From Deltaproteobacteria bacterium (lineage in GTDB: Bacteria > JAGRBM01 > JAHCIT01): 64,000 nucleotides of DNA. Under the pieces are notes generated by a model. The model did not search any database. It had not been told where the DNA came from and saw only the letters and a program-made list of their open reading frames with translations. The DNA lies in assembly GCA_026129095.1 (NCBI GenBank), contig JAHCIT010000010.1, positions 62,001 to 126,000 of the forward strand, read 5' to 3'. Made by a program: the position numbers and the translations under genes. Positions 27,588-37,390 of the stretch are shown here, one piece after another (position 1 is the stretch's first letter; the number at the start of each line of letters is the position of its first letter).

Positions 27588-27640
27588 GAGCGCGCTTATA
27601 CTACTTCCGTCACGGCAAGTTTAATGGCGAGGTAACTTCA

Positions 27641-28687
27641 ATGGATGCGACCTGTCCCCGGTGCGGTGCGGCAGTCCCTATACCTGACGCACAGCGGAAC
27701 GCGGCGAAAATACTGCTCAAGTGCGGATCGTGCGAAAACATGTTCGTGCTGAAGAGCGAGGCTTCGCCCCCGGCCGATCCGCCCGCGGCATCTGAACCCC
27801 CTCCGCCGGTGGAGCCTGCCGCGCCCCCGGTTCTGCCTCCGTCAGCACCCCCGGCGCCTGCATCGGCCCCCGCTGCCCGGCCCGCGCCGGTATCTGCGCC
27901 AGTCCCTGCCGCCGCCTCGACCGCCCCCATGCCTGCCGAGGAACCGCTCCCGCCGGTGACGGGCGAGCGGTGGCAGCCGCCCCCTTCCAGCGACTTCGTG
28001 ATCGTCTACCGGCAGTTCGGAAGCGACCGGACCCGGCATCTGTCGGCGAAACTTCTTACCGAACGGGCCGGAACGCGCATCAGTTTCGAGCAGTACAAAA
28101 AGCAGTTCGATGCGCTCCCGAACGTCCAGAAGAAGCTCACCGCCGATCTCTACGCGGCACTGGTGAAGCTTGCCCAGGAGAGCGGGACGAAAATCGAGTC
28201 AGGCCCCACGCCAAGGATGCTCTGCCCCTATCATCCGAATGACATCCGGGCGGGGCATTGCACCGAGTGCGGGAAACCGCTCTGTGCGGTTTGCCTTAAG
28301 GAAGCTCCGAGATGCCGCGACTGCCGGGATCGGGAGGCGAACGTCCAGCGACGCACCCAGGACGAGCAGCGGGCAAAGGTGCGGCTGCTGACCAGTACGG
28401 CCCTCCTGGAAGGCGGCCGGCCATCACGGGTTCTGGGTTTCCTGTCATCCGAGGCCATGTGCGACGAGCACGGCTTCTTCGAATCGCTCACGAAAGCCCC
28501 GAAGCCCGGAATGGCAAGCGCCCTCGATCAGGCGAAGGACCAGGCCTCCTCACGCCTCCAGATCCGGGCGGCGGAGATGGGAGCGACGGCCATTGTCGAT
28601 TTTCGTTTGTCCATTTTCCACTTCCAGAGCGAGGCCTTGGGCAAGTGTTTTGCTGTTGTTCAGGCGTCAGGGACTGCTGTGGAGTAG
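27641..28687 (+). CDS. Multidomain protein: zinc ribbon, Pro/Ala linker, B-box-like zinc finger, YbjQ-like C-terminal domain
   Basis: CPRC..CGSC, CPYHP..CTECGKPLCAVC..CRDC, and a C-terminal AKDQASSRLQIRAAEMGATAIVDFR..ASGTAVE resembling YbjQ/UPF0145. Confidence 0.75.
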   Translation: MDATCPRCGAAVPIPDAQRNAAKILLKCGSCENMFVLKSEASPPADPPAASEPPPPVEPAAPPVLPPSAPPAPASAPAARPAPVSAPVPAAASTAPMPAEEPLPPVTGERWQPPPSSDFVIVYRQFGSDRTRHLSAKLLTERAGTRISFEQYKKQFDALPNVQKKLTADLYAALVKLAQESGTKIESGPTPRMLCPYHPNDIRAGHCTECGKPLCAVCLKEAPRCRDCRDREANVQRRTQDEQRAKVRLLTSTALLEGGRPSRVLGFLSSEAMCDEHGFFESLTKAPKPGMASALDQAKDQASSRLQIRAAEMGATAIVDFRLSIFHFQSEALGKCFAVVQASGTAVE

Positions 28688-28695
28688 GGCGGCGT

Positions 28696-28856
28696 TTTTC
28701 CACAGCATCGTGGGCATTGCCGGACGGGAACCCCGGCGAGGATATGAGGAAATAATTCTTTGATTACAGTTACTTATGCGACTCTCTTGGTCCCTGACGT
28801 TATCAAAATCGGAAACCTTCCGCAGCTTATCCACAGGATGTGGAAACTGGGTATAA
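28696..28856. promoter_or_regulatory. Cluster of DnaA boxes with an IHF consensus site
   Basis: TTTTCCACA 28696-28704, TTATCCACA 28827-28835, TGTGGAAAC 28839-28847, TGGGTATAA 28848-28856. AATCAAAGAATTA on the minus strand at 28753-28765. Confidence 0.55.
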
Positions 28857-29011
28857 CACTGCCGAACCCATTGAAATTCCTTGGGATTGTGATCAATCTC
28901 ACGTGTGAGCTATCCTTCTGGACCCTAGACTGGCACCGGTCTTTTGCGGTAAGCGGGGACCGTGTTTTTGGGCTTTGAAGCGGGCGGACTGCGGGTAGCG
29001 GGCACATAGCG

Positions 29012-29761
29012 TTGAGAGCGATCATTCTGGCAGCGGGACAGGGAACCCGGCTCCTTCCACACACGGAACGGACGCCCAAGTGTCTGCTCGACCTGAACGG
29101 TACTACCGTTCTGGAACACCAGATCCGTAACTGCCGGCGGGCCGGTATTTCCGACACGGTCGTCGTGACCGGTTTCCAGTGGCAGCTCGTCGAGGCATAC
29201 GTCTCCCGCTGGCGGCAGAACGGGCTGGCCCGCATGCGGATCGAAACTGCCTACAACCCGTTCTTCAGCACCACCAACAACTTGATCTCGCTCTGGTCCG
29301 CCCAGAAATACATGGACGAGGATTTTATCACCATCAATGGCGATAACGTGTTCGACTGGCGCATCCTTCAGCGGCTCAAGGAAACGAACAAATATCCTAT
29401 CCACGTCACAACCGCCCACAAGGACGCCTATGACGAGGACGACATGAAAGTCCTGCTGGACGGGGACCGGATCCAGGCGATCAACAAGGGGATTCCACTG
29501 GATCAGGCTGACGGCGAATCGATCGGGATCATGAAGTTTACCGGTGAGGGACGCGAACGGCTCAAGGCGACACTGGAGGACATGGTGCGCGGCCAGTCGG
29601 CCGCGACGGACTGGTACACCCGGGCCATCGAGTGGATCGCCCGGCGTGGGTATCCGGTGGGCATATGTCCGATCGGTGATCTCAAGTGGGCGGAGATCGA
29701 CTTCCCGCAGGACCTGGCCCGCGTCCGTGAAAACAGCTCGTTGTATCTGGGCGATTCCTGA
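29012..29761 (+). CDS. Phosphocholine-cytidylyltransferase (LicC)-like nucleotidyltransferase
   Basis: AIILAAGQGTRL..PKCLL, YNPFFSTTNNLISLW, NGD, DDMKV, GESIG, WAEIDFPQDL. Confidence 0.9.
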   Translation: MRAIILAAGQGTRLLPHTERTPKCLLDLNGTTVLEHQIRNCRRAGISDTVVVTGFQWQLVEAYVSRWRQNGLARMRIETAYNPFFSTTNNLISLWSAQKYMDEDFITINGDNVFDWRILQRLKETNKYPIHVTTAHKDAYDEDDMKVLLDGDRIQAINKGIPLDQADGESIGIMKFTGEGRERLKATLEDMVRGQSAATDWYTRAIEWIARRGYPVGICPIGDLKWAEIDFPQDLARVRENSSLYLGDS

Positions 29762-29849
29762 TTCCTCCTTGCGGCTCCTGCTCCCGTGGGATAACCACCT
29801 GCCCCGGTCCGGTTTCCCCGGCTGTACTAGAAAGGTCAAGAGAGCCCCG

Positions 29850-31037
29850 TTGGCATTCCGCCTGATCATCCGGCTTCCTGAAACAGAACCCAGCCCCGCA
29901 TTTGTTCGCGTGGGGGGAGTTCCCGTCCTGCTGCGCCTCCTGATCGGAGGATATCGCCAGGGCGCGGAGCAGATCGAGGTGACGGGGCCGGGTGTTGAGG
30001 AGGCCCGGCGTCTCTTTGCCCAGGACCGGCGGCTGGGTGGGGCGGATATCTCATGGGGCCCCGCGGCCGGGCCGCGGAAAGAACTGCCGGTCGTGGAGAC
30101 CGAAGCGAATGTCGTGGTGGGTGGCGGTGTCTGGGAGCTTCTGGACAAGGCGACTGGCCCGGCGGAGGTTCCCGGCGCGCCTCTCATGCGGCGGCTGGGG
30201 GAAGGCAAGCCGGAGCCCCTGTGGACCGGCGAACCACCGTCGAAAAACCACTTCGCCATTCCGGCAAGCGACTCCGCCGGTGCGTGGGCGGCCAAGCGGG
30301 CAATCTTCCGCAATGTGTTCAAGCCGACATCCGGGCCGGTATCCATCCATTTCAACTCGAAACTCTCGATTCCAGTGAGCTGGCTGCTCAGTGAAACCCC
30401 GGTGACGCCGAACCAGATCACGGTGTTCACGACACTCATCGGCTTTGTGAGTGCCTGGGCGTTTTCGCTGGGTACCTTTGCCGGGTTTCTCACCGGCGGC
30501 GTGCTGTTCCAGCTCTGTGCGGCGCTCGACCGGTGCGATGGCGAGATCGCCCGCAGCAAGTACATGGATTCGCCCTCGGGCGCATGGGTGGATACGGTCG
30601 GTGATAATGTGACCTACGTGGCTTATCTGACAGGCCTTACTCTCGGATATGCGCGGTTTGCGGGGGAACGTGGCAACGCATGGGCCCCGTACGTGCACGC
30701 GATGGGTTTCGGCACGCTGGGGCTGACGGTGTTTCTCCTCGGCGGGATGTATCTCTATCTCTACCGGAACAAGAAGTCGGGCACACTGGTGGCGGTCTAC
30801 AAGGATTTTGAATCGCGGGTGGACGGAAAGAAGGCGGGCTTCGTCTACCGGTTCCTGGACAGCATCAAGATACTGGGCAAACGCGATTCCTGGTCGCTCG
30901 CCATCGGTGTGGCGGCACTTCTGGGCGGGCTTTTCCAGGCGGCGTTTTTCTACCATCTCATATTTTTCGCCACGGTCGGGACCATTGTGCTGATGAACAT
31001 CTACTTCACGGTGGCCCGCCGGAACGTGTCGGGGTGA
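29850..31037 (+). CDS. CDP-alcohol phosphotransferase with degenerate NTP-transferase-like N-domain
   Basis: TPNQIT and LDRCDGEIARSKYMDSPSGAWVDTVGD (DxxDGxxAR..GxxxDxxxD). N-terminal RVGGVPVLLR. TTG start inferred. Confidence 0.9.
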   Translation: MAFRLIIRLPETEPSPAFVRVGGVPVLLRLLIGGYRQGAEQIEVTGPGVEEARRLFAQDRRLGGADISWGPAAGPRKELPVVETEANVVVGGGVWELLDKATGPAEVPGAPLMRRLGEGKPEPLWTGEPPSKNHFAIPASDSAGAWAAKRAIFRNVFKPTSGPVSIHFNSKLSIPVSWLLSETPVTPNQITVFTTLIGFVSAWAFSLGTFAGFLTGGVLFQLCAALDRCDGEIARSKYMDSPSGAWVDTVGDNVTYVAYLTGLTLGYARFAGERGNAWAPYVHAMGFGTLGLTVFLLGGMYLYLYRNKKSGTLVAVYKDFESRVDGKKAGFVYRFLDSIKILGKRDSWSLAIGVAALLGGLFQAAFFYHLIFFATVGTIVLMNIYFTVARRNVSG

Positions 31038-31043
31038 TGCGAT

Positions 31044-32069
31044 ATGGCTTTCTCCAGGGGAAAGCTGGTCCGGACGGCACTTCTGGCCGCCGGTTTCGTA
31101 TTCCTGGTAGCAGTGTTCGCCCACGAAGGCTTTGGCGAGATGTGGGCGCGCATCTCGCGGATCGGCGTGGCGGCGTTCGGCCTGATGCTGGCCCTGTCGT
31201 TCCTGTGGAATGCCTGCTCGACGCTCGGCTGGTATCTGACGTTTGACGGTTCAGGCGGCGTGGTGCGGCCGGTAAGTTACGGGCGGCTGTTTTTCGTTCG
31301 TTGGGCGGGAGAGAGCATCAATACCATTACTCCACTCATGAACCTGGGCGGCGAACCCGTGCGAATCGCGCTGATGCGCCGTCATCTGGAAACCCACCAG
31401 GCGGCGGCAACGGTCATTCTGGATAAATCGATTTTCACAATCGCCGGAATCATCCACATGGTGAGTGGCGTTGTCGTCGGCTTTTGGGTGTTTGATCTGC
31501 CCGAATCGGTCGCCTGGATCGAGGCTATCGTGGCGGGCATTTTGATGATGGCAGCAGTGATTCTGGTCACGTTGATTCGCAGGGGAAAAACGCTACTGTC
31601 GCTCGTGGGATGGCTCCGCCGCGCTGGAATCCGGTTTTCGGACGATACACTGGAAAAGGTCGAGCAGATCGACGACGAGCTCACCATCTTTTACCGGACA
31701 CACCGGGCGCGGTTCTGGACGGCGCTCACGGCACACCTCGCCGGGCGGATGAGCCGGATGCTCGATGTACTGGTGGTGGCGTGGGCATTTGGTATCGGAA
31801 TGTCGGCCTGGGAGGCCCATGCGATCGCAGCGGCGACCGTCATTATCAACGTGAGTTTTTCGTTCATTCCGCAGCAGGTTGGCGCCAACGAGGGCGGGCA
31901 TGGGCTGCTGTTCAAGGCGGTGGGTCTCGGCTGGCGCGACGGGCTCTCGACCGGGCTTGTCCGGCGGGCACGCACGCTGGTGTTCGCGCTGATGGGCTAT
32001 GTTGTGCTGGTAATCCACCAGTGGCGTTCGCCGGACGGCACCGTCATGTCCGGAAAGGCGGCCGCATGA
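31044..32069 (+). CDS. Lysylphosphatidylglycerol synthase TM / flippase-like (UPF0104, HpnL-like) membrane protein
   Basis: GESINTITP..LGGEP, ILDK, FIPQQVGANEGG, LVRRAR. Confidence 0.85.
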   Translation: MAFSRGKLVRTALLAAGFVFLVAVFAHEGFGEMWARISRIGVAAFGLMLALSFLWNACSTLGWYLTFDGSGGVVRPVSYGRLFFVRWAGESINTITPLMNLGGEPVRIALMRRHLETHQAAATVILDKSIFTIAGIIHMVSGVVVGFWVFDLPESVAWIEAIVAGILMMAAVILVTLIRRGKTLLSLVGWLRRAGIRFSDDTLEKVEQIDDELTIFYRTHRARFWTALTAHLAGRMSRMLDVLVVAWAFGIGMSAWEAHAIAAATVIINVSFSFIPQQVGANEGGHGLLFKAVGLGWRDGLSTGLVRRARTLVFALMGYVVLVIHQWRSPDGTVMSGKAAA

Positions 32070-33568
32070 GCGGTTTGCTGCGCCTCTCTTGCCTGCTGGT
32101 GCTTTTGCTGCTTGTAGCGGCACCGTTTTCTCCCCTGCTTGCCCAGGCGTCAGATCCGGATACCGGAGCAGTTCAGGCTGGTAAGCCGCGGCAGGACCGT
32201 TATCCGGGGCCACCGCTGCCGGATATCGACACCCGTATCTACAATCTGGATGCCTGCCTCCGGATTGCCGATCAGGTGTCACCGGAGGTGATGATCCAGC
32301 GGCTGAAGATCGCCGAAAGCCATGCGCTGATGGGGCAGGCACAGGCGGCGGGCATACTGCCGGAGTTCACCGGCCGGGCCCTGGTCGGGCCCGCTCCCGG
32401 TCAGGAGATCCGGCGTGTGCCGGACCTGGCGGCTGCGCCGGTCTGCCTGACCAATCCGACCGATCCTGCCTGTCCCACCATCAAGGTGGAAAAATCACGT
32501 GCGCTCGACAGGCTGGGGCCGTTCTTCCGGTTCGAGCTGAACCTGGTCCAGCCCCTTTACACCTGGGGCAAGCTGGAGTCGGCCAGAATGCTGGCACAGG
32601 CCGGAATCCGGAATTCGGAACTGGAACTGGCGCTCAAGCGGGCAGAGATCCGCAAGCGGATACGCGAGCTCTACTGGGGACTGCTTGCCGCTGGCGACGG
32701 GATCGACCTGGTCGCCGATGTCGAAAAGCAGCTCGCCAGCAACCGGGACACAATCAAGGAAAAGGTCGAGATGGACGACGGGGAGTTCACCCTGACCGAT
32801 CTCTACCGCGTGGAAATCTTCCTCGGCCAGCTCCGGATGCAGATCGAGAAGGTACGGGCCCAGCAGGAACTGGCGCGGACGACGCTGGCAGTGATGCTCG
32901 GCCTCGATCCGGAGGACGAGTTCCAGCTCGCCGAGGAGGACATCGCCCCGGTGGAGATCGATCTGGACCCGGTGACATTTTACGAGGACTCCGCATCCAT
33001 CAACCATTTCAATGCCCGCCGGGCAGGTGTGGGTGTCGAGGCCCGCCGGGCACAACTGGGAACGCTCAAGTCATGGATGAAGCCGGATGTGTTCGTCGCC
33101 GGGCAGGGGTTTGCCGCCTACGCCCCCCGGCGTGAGGTCCGTTCGATATTCGCCGGTGACTATTTCCGGTCGGTTGGTGGTGGCGTCGTGCTGGGCCTGA
33201 ATTTCGATTTCAGCGGGTGGATGCACGAGGCCAAGCGCGACGAGGCACTGGCGCAGTACGAGCAGGCGCGAATTGGCCAGGAGGCAGCCATCATGGGGCT
33301 CCGTATCCAGGCGCGGCAGGCCTACTACGAGATGCTCCGCGCGCAGCGGACTGTGGAGGCGCTGCGTGAGGCTAACCTGTCCAGCCGCCGGTGGTTCCGT
33401 TCGGCGAGCCTGAACTGGGGCGTCGGCGTCGAGACGACCGATAACCTCCTGATTGCCTACCAGAACTACCTCCAGACGCGCGGAAGTTTCCTGAGTGCCA
33501 TATTCGAGAACAACAAGGCCTGGGCCGAACTCATTGAGGCGGCCGGTTTGGAGGACACCAGTCCATGA
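32066..33568 (+). CDS. TolC-family outer-membrane channel
   Basis: Signal peptide, LVQPLYTWGK, duplicated helical repeats (ELYWGLL, QAYYEML). ATGA overlap. Confidence 0.85.
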   Translation: MSGLLRLSCLLVLLLLVAAPFSPLLAQASDPDTGAVQAGKPRQDRYPGPPLPDIDTRIYNLDACLRIADQVSPEVMIQRLKIAESHALMGQAQAAGILPEFTGRALVGPAPGQEIRRVPDLAAAPVCLTNPTDPACPTIKVEKSRALDRLGPFFRFELNLVQPLYTWGKLESARMLAQAGIRNSELELALKRAEIRKRIRELYWGLLAAGDGIDLVADVEKQLASNRDTIKEKVEMDDGEFTLTDLYRVEIFLGQLRMQIEKVRAQQELARTTLAVMLGLDPEDEFQLAEEDIAPVEIDLDPVTFYEDSASINHFNARRAGVGVEARRAQLGTLKSWMKPDVFVAGQGFAAYAPRREVRSIFAGDYFRSVGGGVVLGLNFDFSGWMHEAKRDEALAQYEQARIGQEAAIMGLRIQARQAYYEMLRAQRTVEALREANLSSRRWFRSASLNWGVGVETTDNLLIAYQNYLQTRGSFLSAIFENNKAWAELIEAAGLEDTSP

Positions 33569-34200
33569 CAATGAAACGGTTTGTGGCTCTTCTGCTGGCG
33601 GTTTGCTGTCTTGTACCCTCTCTGGTGATTGCTTCGGACGCGGGTCCGTTGCCGCTCATCCAGTCGCGGGACCAGGAGATACGGGCGTATATTGGCAAGC
33701 GGACGCTGCCGCTTTCGGCCAAGGACAAGGAGCCGCTCAAGCAGCTGCTGAATGACCTGTTCGACTACGACCGCATCGCGCTGGACGCACTGGGCGCACG
33801 TAACCAGAAGCTCGCCAGCAAGAAGGAACTGGACGAGTTTCTCTCGTTGTTCCGGCAGGTCACTGTCAACAACTCGGTTTCGGACAAGGCTCTCGAGTAC
33901 TATTCGGAAGGGCGCATCCAGTACCGCAAGCCGGAGGAGGTGGGCCGCCGCACTGTGGTAAGTGCAAAGATTACCTACAAGGGTGAGGAGATCCGGCTCG
34001 ACTACTATTTCGAGAAAAACCCCAAAGGTGAATGGCGGATCACGGACTACTCGGTCGATGATGCCTCTCTCGTCGATACCTACCGGGTGAGTTTCAGCAA
34101 GATCATCAAGGATAACGGCTTCGGCGAGCTGCTTCGCCGTCTGCGCAACCGTCTGGAAAGCCCCGACGACACCAAGCTGGGCGGCGCCACCAAGCTGTAG
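33565..34200 (+). CDS. MlaC/Ttg2D (HpnM-like) periplasmic lipid-binding protein
   Basis: LFDYDRIALDALG and WRITDYSVDDASLVDTYRVSFSKII. Signal peptide. Confidence 0.85.
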   Translation: MTMKRFVALLLAVCCLVPSLVIASDAGPLPLIQSRDQEIRAYIGKRTLPLSAKDKEPLKQLLNDLFDYDRIALDALGARNQKLASKKELDEFLSLFRQVTVNNSVSDKALEYYSEGRIQYRKPEEVGRRTVVSAKITYKGEEIRLDYYFEKNPKGEWRITDYSVDDASLVDTYRVSFSKIIKDNGFGELLRRLRNRLESPDDTKLGGATKL

Positions 34201-34302
34201 GCTGGCAGTTAACCCCTCCCCGTTGACCTCTTGCGGGCCGGACGGGTAACTGTTCCCTTCCGCTGAATGGCCATTCATTTACGGAACGGAGATAACCTGA
34301 AC

Positions 34303-35862
34303 ATGCCGACCATGCGTGAGCGGATTGCGGAACTCGACAAAAAGCGCGCCGATACCCTGCTGCTGGGCGGGGAAGACAAGATCCAGAAGCAGCACGAACG
34401 GGGCAAGCTGACCTGTCGCGAGCGCATTGACCTGCTGCTTGATCCGGGGTCGTTCATGGAGTTCGGGCGGCTGGGCTATCACCACGGTGACAGCAAGGCA
34501 CGCTCCCCGGCCGACGGCTGTGTTACCGGTTACGGAACGGTGAACGGCCGGAAGGTGGCGGTGGCCGCCTACGACTTCACGGTCTTCGGCGGTTCTATCG
34601 GAGAGGTTTCCGAGAACAAGATGGCCCGGCTGCGGGAGATGGTCCTGCGCTGGCGGATTCCGATCGTGTGGCTGATCGATTCGGCCGGCGCCCGCATCGG
34701 CGGCGGCAGCCATGACCGTGAGGCGTCGAGGTTCGCCGGCACCGGGTTCCTGTTCCAGGAACAGGCAGTGCTTTCAGGCGTCGTGCCCCAGGTGTGCGCG
34801 ATGGTGGGACCGGGAGCGGCGGGGACGGCCTACATTCCCGGCCTTGCCGACTTCGTTCCAATGGTGAAGGGCACGTCCAGCATGGCGCTTGCCGGTCCGT
34901 ATCTGGTGAAGGCGGCCGTGGGCGAGGACGTGTCGGAGCAGGATCTCGGCGGTTCGCAGATTCACACGGAAATTTCCGGCGTGGGCGATCTGGAAACCGC
35001 CAGCGATCAGGAGTGCATCGAGAAGATCAAGCAATACCTTTCCTATTTCCCGTCGAACTGCGAGGAAAAGCCCCCTGTCGTTCCATACACCGGAAAGGAC
35101 GGTCTCATTGAGGACAAGATCCTTGATGTGATTCCCGACAATCCCAAACGGGCTTATGACGTTCATAAGGTGATCGGGTTCATCGCCGATGAAGGCTCGT
35201 TCTTCGAGATGAAGCCCAAATGGGCGCGGAATATCTGTACCGGCTTCGCCCGGTTCGGGGGCCGTCCGGCGGGAATCGTCGCCTCGAACCCGATGTTCCT
35301 GGGCGGTGCGCTGGACGTGAATGCCGCGGACAAGGCCGCACGTTTTGTGTGGCTGTGTGATGCCTTCTCGATTCCGCTTGTCTTTCTGCAGGATACTCCG
35401 GGGTTTGTCGTTGGCTCGAAGGTTGAGCAGCAGGGGATCATCCGGCATGGCGCAAAAATGCTGCATGCGGTAGCGACCGCCACGGTGCCAAAGGTGACCA
35501 TACTGCTCCGCAAGTGCTACGGCGCGGGCTATTACGTGATGAATGGTGCGGCCTATGAACCGGACGCGATCCTCGCCTGGCCGCTGGCGGAGATTTCAGT
35601 CATGGGGCCGGAAGGAATGGTGGCGATCTTCGCCCGGAAGATGCTCGAAGCCATGCCGGAGGCCCAGCGGCCGGATGCCGCCAAGCAGATGGCAGACAAG
35701 ATCCGGGAAACGATAGATCCCTACGTTGCCGCCGGCTGGGCGATGGTCGATGACGTGATCGACCCCCGGGAAACCCGGCAACGGATCATCCAGGCCCTGT
35801 TCTTTTCGGAGTCCAAGCGGATGCTCCGTCCCTATCGGAAACACGGAGTTTATCCGGTTTAA
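34303..35862 (+). CDS. Acyl-CoA carboxylase carboxyltransferase (beta) subunit
   Basis: GKLTCRERI, DSAGARI, DTPGF, GIIRHGAK, IDPRETR, RKHGVYP. Confidence 0.95.
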   Translation: MPTMRERIAELDKKRADTLLLGGEDKIQKQHERGKLTCRERIDLLLDPGSFMEFGRLGYHHGDSKARSPADGCVTGYGTVNGRKVAVAAYDFTVFGGSIGEVSENKMARLREMVLRWRIPIVWLIDSAGARIGGGSHDREASRFAGTGFLFQEQAVLSGVVPQVCAMVGPGAAGTAYIPGLADFVPMVKGTSSMALAGPYLVKAAVGEDVSEQDLGGSQIHTEISGVGDLETASDQECIEKIKQYLSYFPSNCEEKPPVVPYTGKDGLIEDKILDVIPDNPKRAYDVHKVIGFIADEGSFFEMKPKWARNICTGFARFGGRPAGIVASNPMFLGGALDVNAADKAARFVWLCDAFSIPLVFLQDTPGFVVGSKVEQQGIIRHGAKMLHAVATATVPKVTILLRKCYGAGYYVMNGAAYEPDAILAWPLAEISVMGPEGMVAIFARKMLEAMPEAQRPDAAKQMADKIRETIDPYVAAGWAMVDDVIDPRETRQRIIQALFFSESKRMLRPYRKHGVYPV

Positions 35863-35984
35863 GGCAGTAACCGGGACTTTGCCGTGCCGCGCCAAGAGCG
35901 GTTTTCACAGTCTCTTGACGCGGCGGGCATATATTTGTCGTGAAATTTTGAATATAGTGAAAGGGCGCGTGGAGGGATTCTCGC

Positions 35985-36359
35985 TTGGGCAAGGGCAAGA
36001 CGATCCTCGTGGTGGATGACGATCCGGAAACCCGGACAATGCTCCGGGAGATGCTGGAACCGCAGGGATATGCGGTGGTTCTGGCAGAGGATGGCGTCGA
36101 GGCGCTCAACAAGCTGGAAAAGTCGAAGTTCGATCTTGTCCTGATGGATCTCGCCATGCCCCGCATGGATGGAATACAGGCCACTCGCGAAATCCGCCTC
36201 CGGTCCTATGGCTCGAAACTCCCTGTGGTGGCGATTTCGGCCCACACCTCCGGTACCGCCGAGGAAGAGGCGTTCGATGCCGGGATGGACGGCTATCTCA
36301 GGAAGCCCTTTACCCGCGACCTTATTCTCCTTGAAATCCGCCGCCAGTTCGGCGGATGA
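35985..36359 (+). CDS. Single-domain response regulator
   Basis: ILVVDDD, LMDLAMPRMDG, YLRKP. Confidence 0.9.
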   Translation: MGKGKTILVVDDDPETRTMLREMLEPQGYAVVLAEDGVEALNKLEKSKFDLVLMDLAMPRMDGIQATREIRLRSYGSKLPVVAISAHTSGTAEEEAFDAGMDGYLRKPFTRDLILLEIRRQFGG

Positions 36360-36479
36360 GTTTCCCTCCCAGTTGTCCCGCGCCCGGCGCGTGCTACACA
36401 CGTCCTGGGTGTGCCGCAGTTTCAGGGGCTGGGGCACCCATGAAGGGCGGCCCCATTCAGGTGGCCGGTAGATACGGTT

Positions 36480-37361
36480 ATGGACCAGTCGAACAGGCAT
36501 CGTGTGATCGAATTCGCCCGGCGGGTGCTGGGTGACGAGCGCGTGGACCTCATTCTGAATGCCCCGTTCAACGATCTGGGTTTCGGCTACGACCAGTTCG
36601 GCATGGAGCGCGAATCAATCCTGCTGGGCTACCTGCTGGCACGGCCGCTTTACCAGAGCTGGTTCCGCGCAGAAAGCACGGGACATGAAAACCTGCCAGC
36701 CAGGGGCCGGGCGATGGTCGTTCCGAACCACTCCGGCGTGCTGCCGATCGACGGCCTGCTGATTTACATTGACATCATGGAGAAGGCACCCAATCCCCGG
36801 CTGATGAGGGGGATCATCGAAAAGGTGTTTTCGGGGATACCTTCGGTCGGAACATTCATGCAGCGCTGTGGCCAGGTGACAGGCACCCGGTACAACTTCG
36901 AACAGCTTCTCGAATCGGAAGAACTGGTGACGGTTTTTCCAGAGGGGGCCAAGGGCCCCGGCAAGCCGTTCAGCGACCGGTACAAGCTGGTCAATTTCAA
37001 TGTGGGTTTCGTGGAACTGGCGATCAGGCACAAGACGCCGATTATTCCAACATCGGTGATCGGGGGCGAGGAACAGTATCCGGCGCTCGTCAATATCAAG
37101 CCGCTCGCCAAAGCCCTGGGTGTTCCGTATTTCCCCATCACGCCCCAGATGCTGCTTCTGCCCCTTCCCCTGTGGGGGCTTCCGCTTCCGACCAAATACC
37201 GGATTCGCTATGGAGCGCCAATCGAGCTTCATCGGGAATACCCGGAGCATGCGACCGAGGATCCCGAACTGATGCGCCGTATTGCACGGGAGATACAGGA
37301 CACTGTCCAGGAAATGGTCAATGAGGATCTCGCCGGGCGTGAGAGTGTCTGGTTCGGCTGA
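36480..37361 (+). CDS. PlsC-like lysophospholipid acyltransferase family protein
   Basis: NHSGVLPID (HX4-5D) and VFPEG. Confidence 0.9.
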   Translation: MDQSNRHRVIEFARRVLGDERVDLILNAPFNDLGFGYDQFGMERESILLGYLLARPLYQSWFRAESTGHENLPARGRAMVVPNHSGVLPIDGLLIYIDIMEKAPNPRLMRGIIEKVFSGIPSVGTFMQRCGQVTGTRYNFEQLLESEELVTVFPEGAKGPGKPFSDRYKLVNFNVGFVELAIRHKTPIIPTSVIGGEEQYPALVNIKPLAKALGVPYFPITPQMLLLPLPLWGLPLPTKYRIRYGAPIELHREYPEHATEDPELMRRIAREIQDTVQEMVNEDLAGRESVWFG

Positions 37362-37390
37362 CACCGGTAAATGGAAGCGGAGGTAGTCCC

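Noticed and set aside
29544-29849. Upstream extension of the CDP-alcohol transferase ORF suggesting a frameshifted fusion with the cytidylyltransferase
   Set aside because: The cytidylyltransferase ends normally after WAEIDFPQDL and the second gene has its own plausible start.
31610-32065. Extension of the TolC ORF
   Set aside because: Lies within the flippase-like gene; the real signal peptide starts at ATG 32066.
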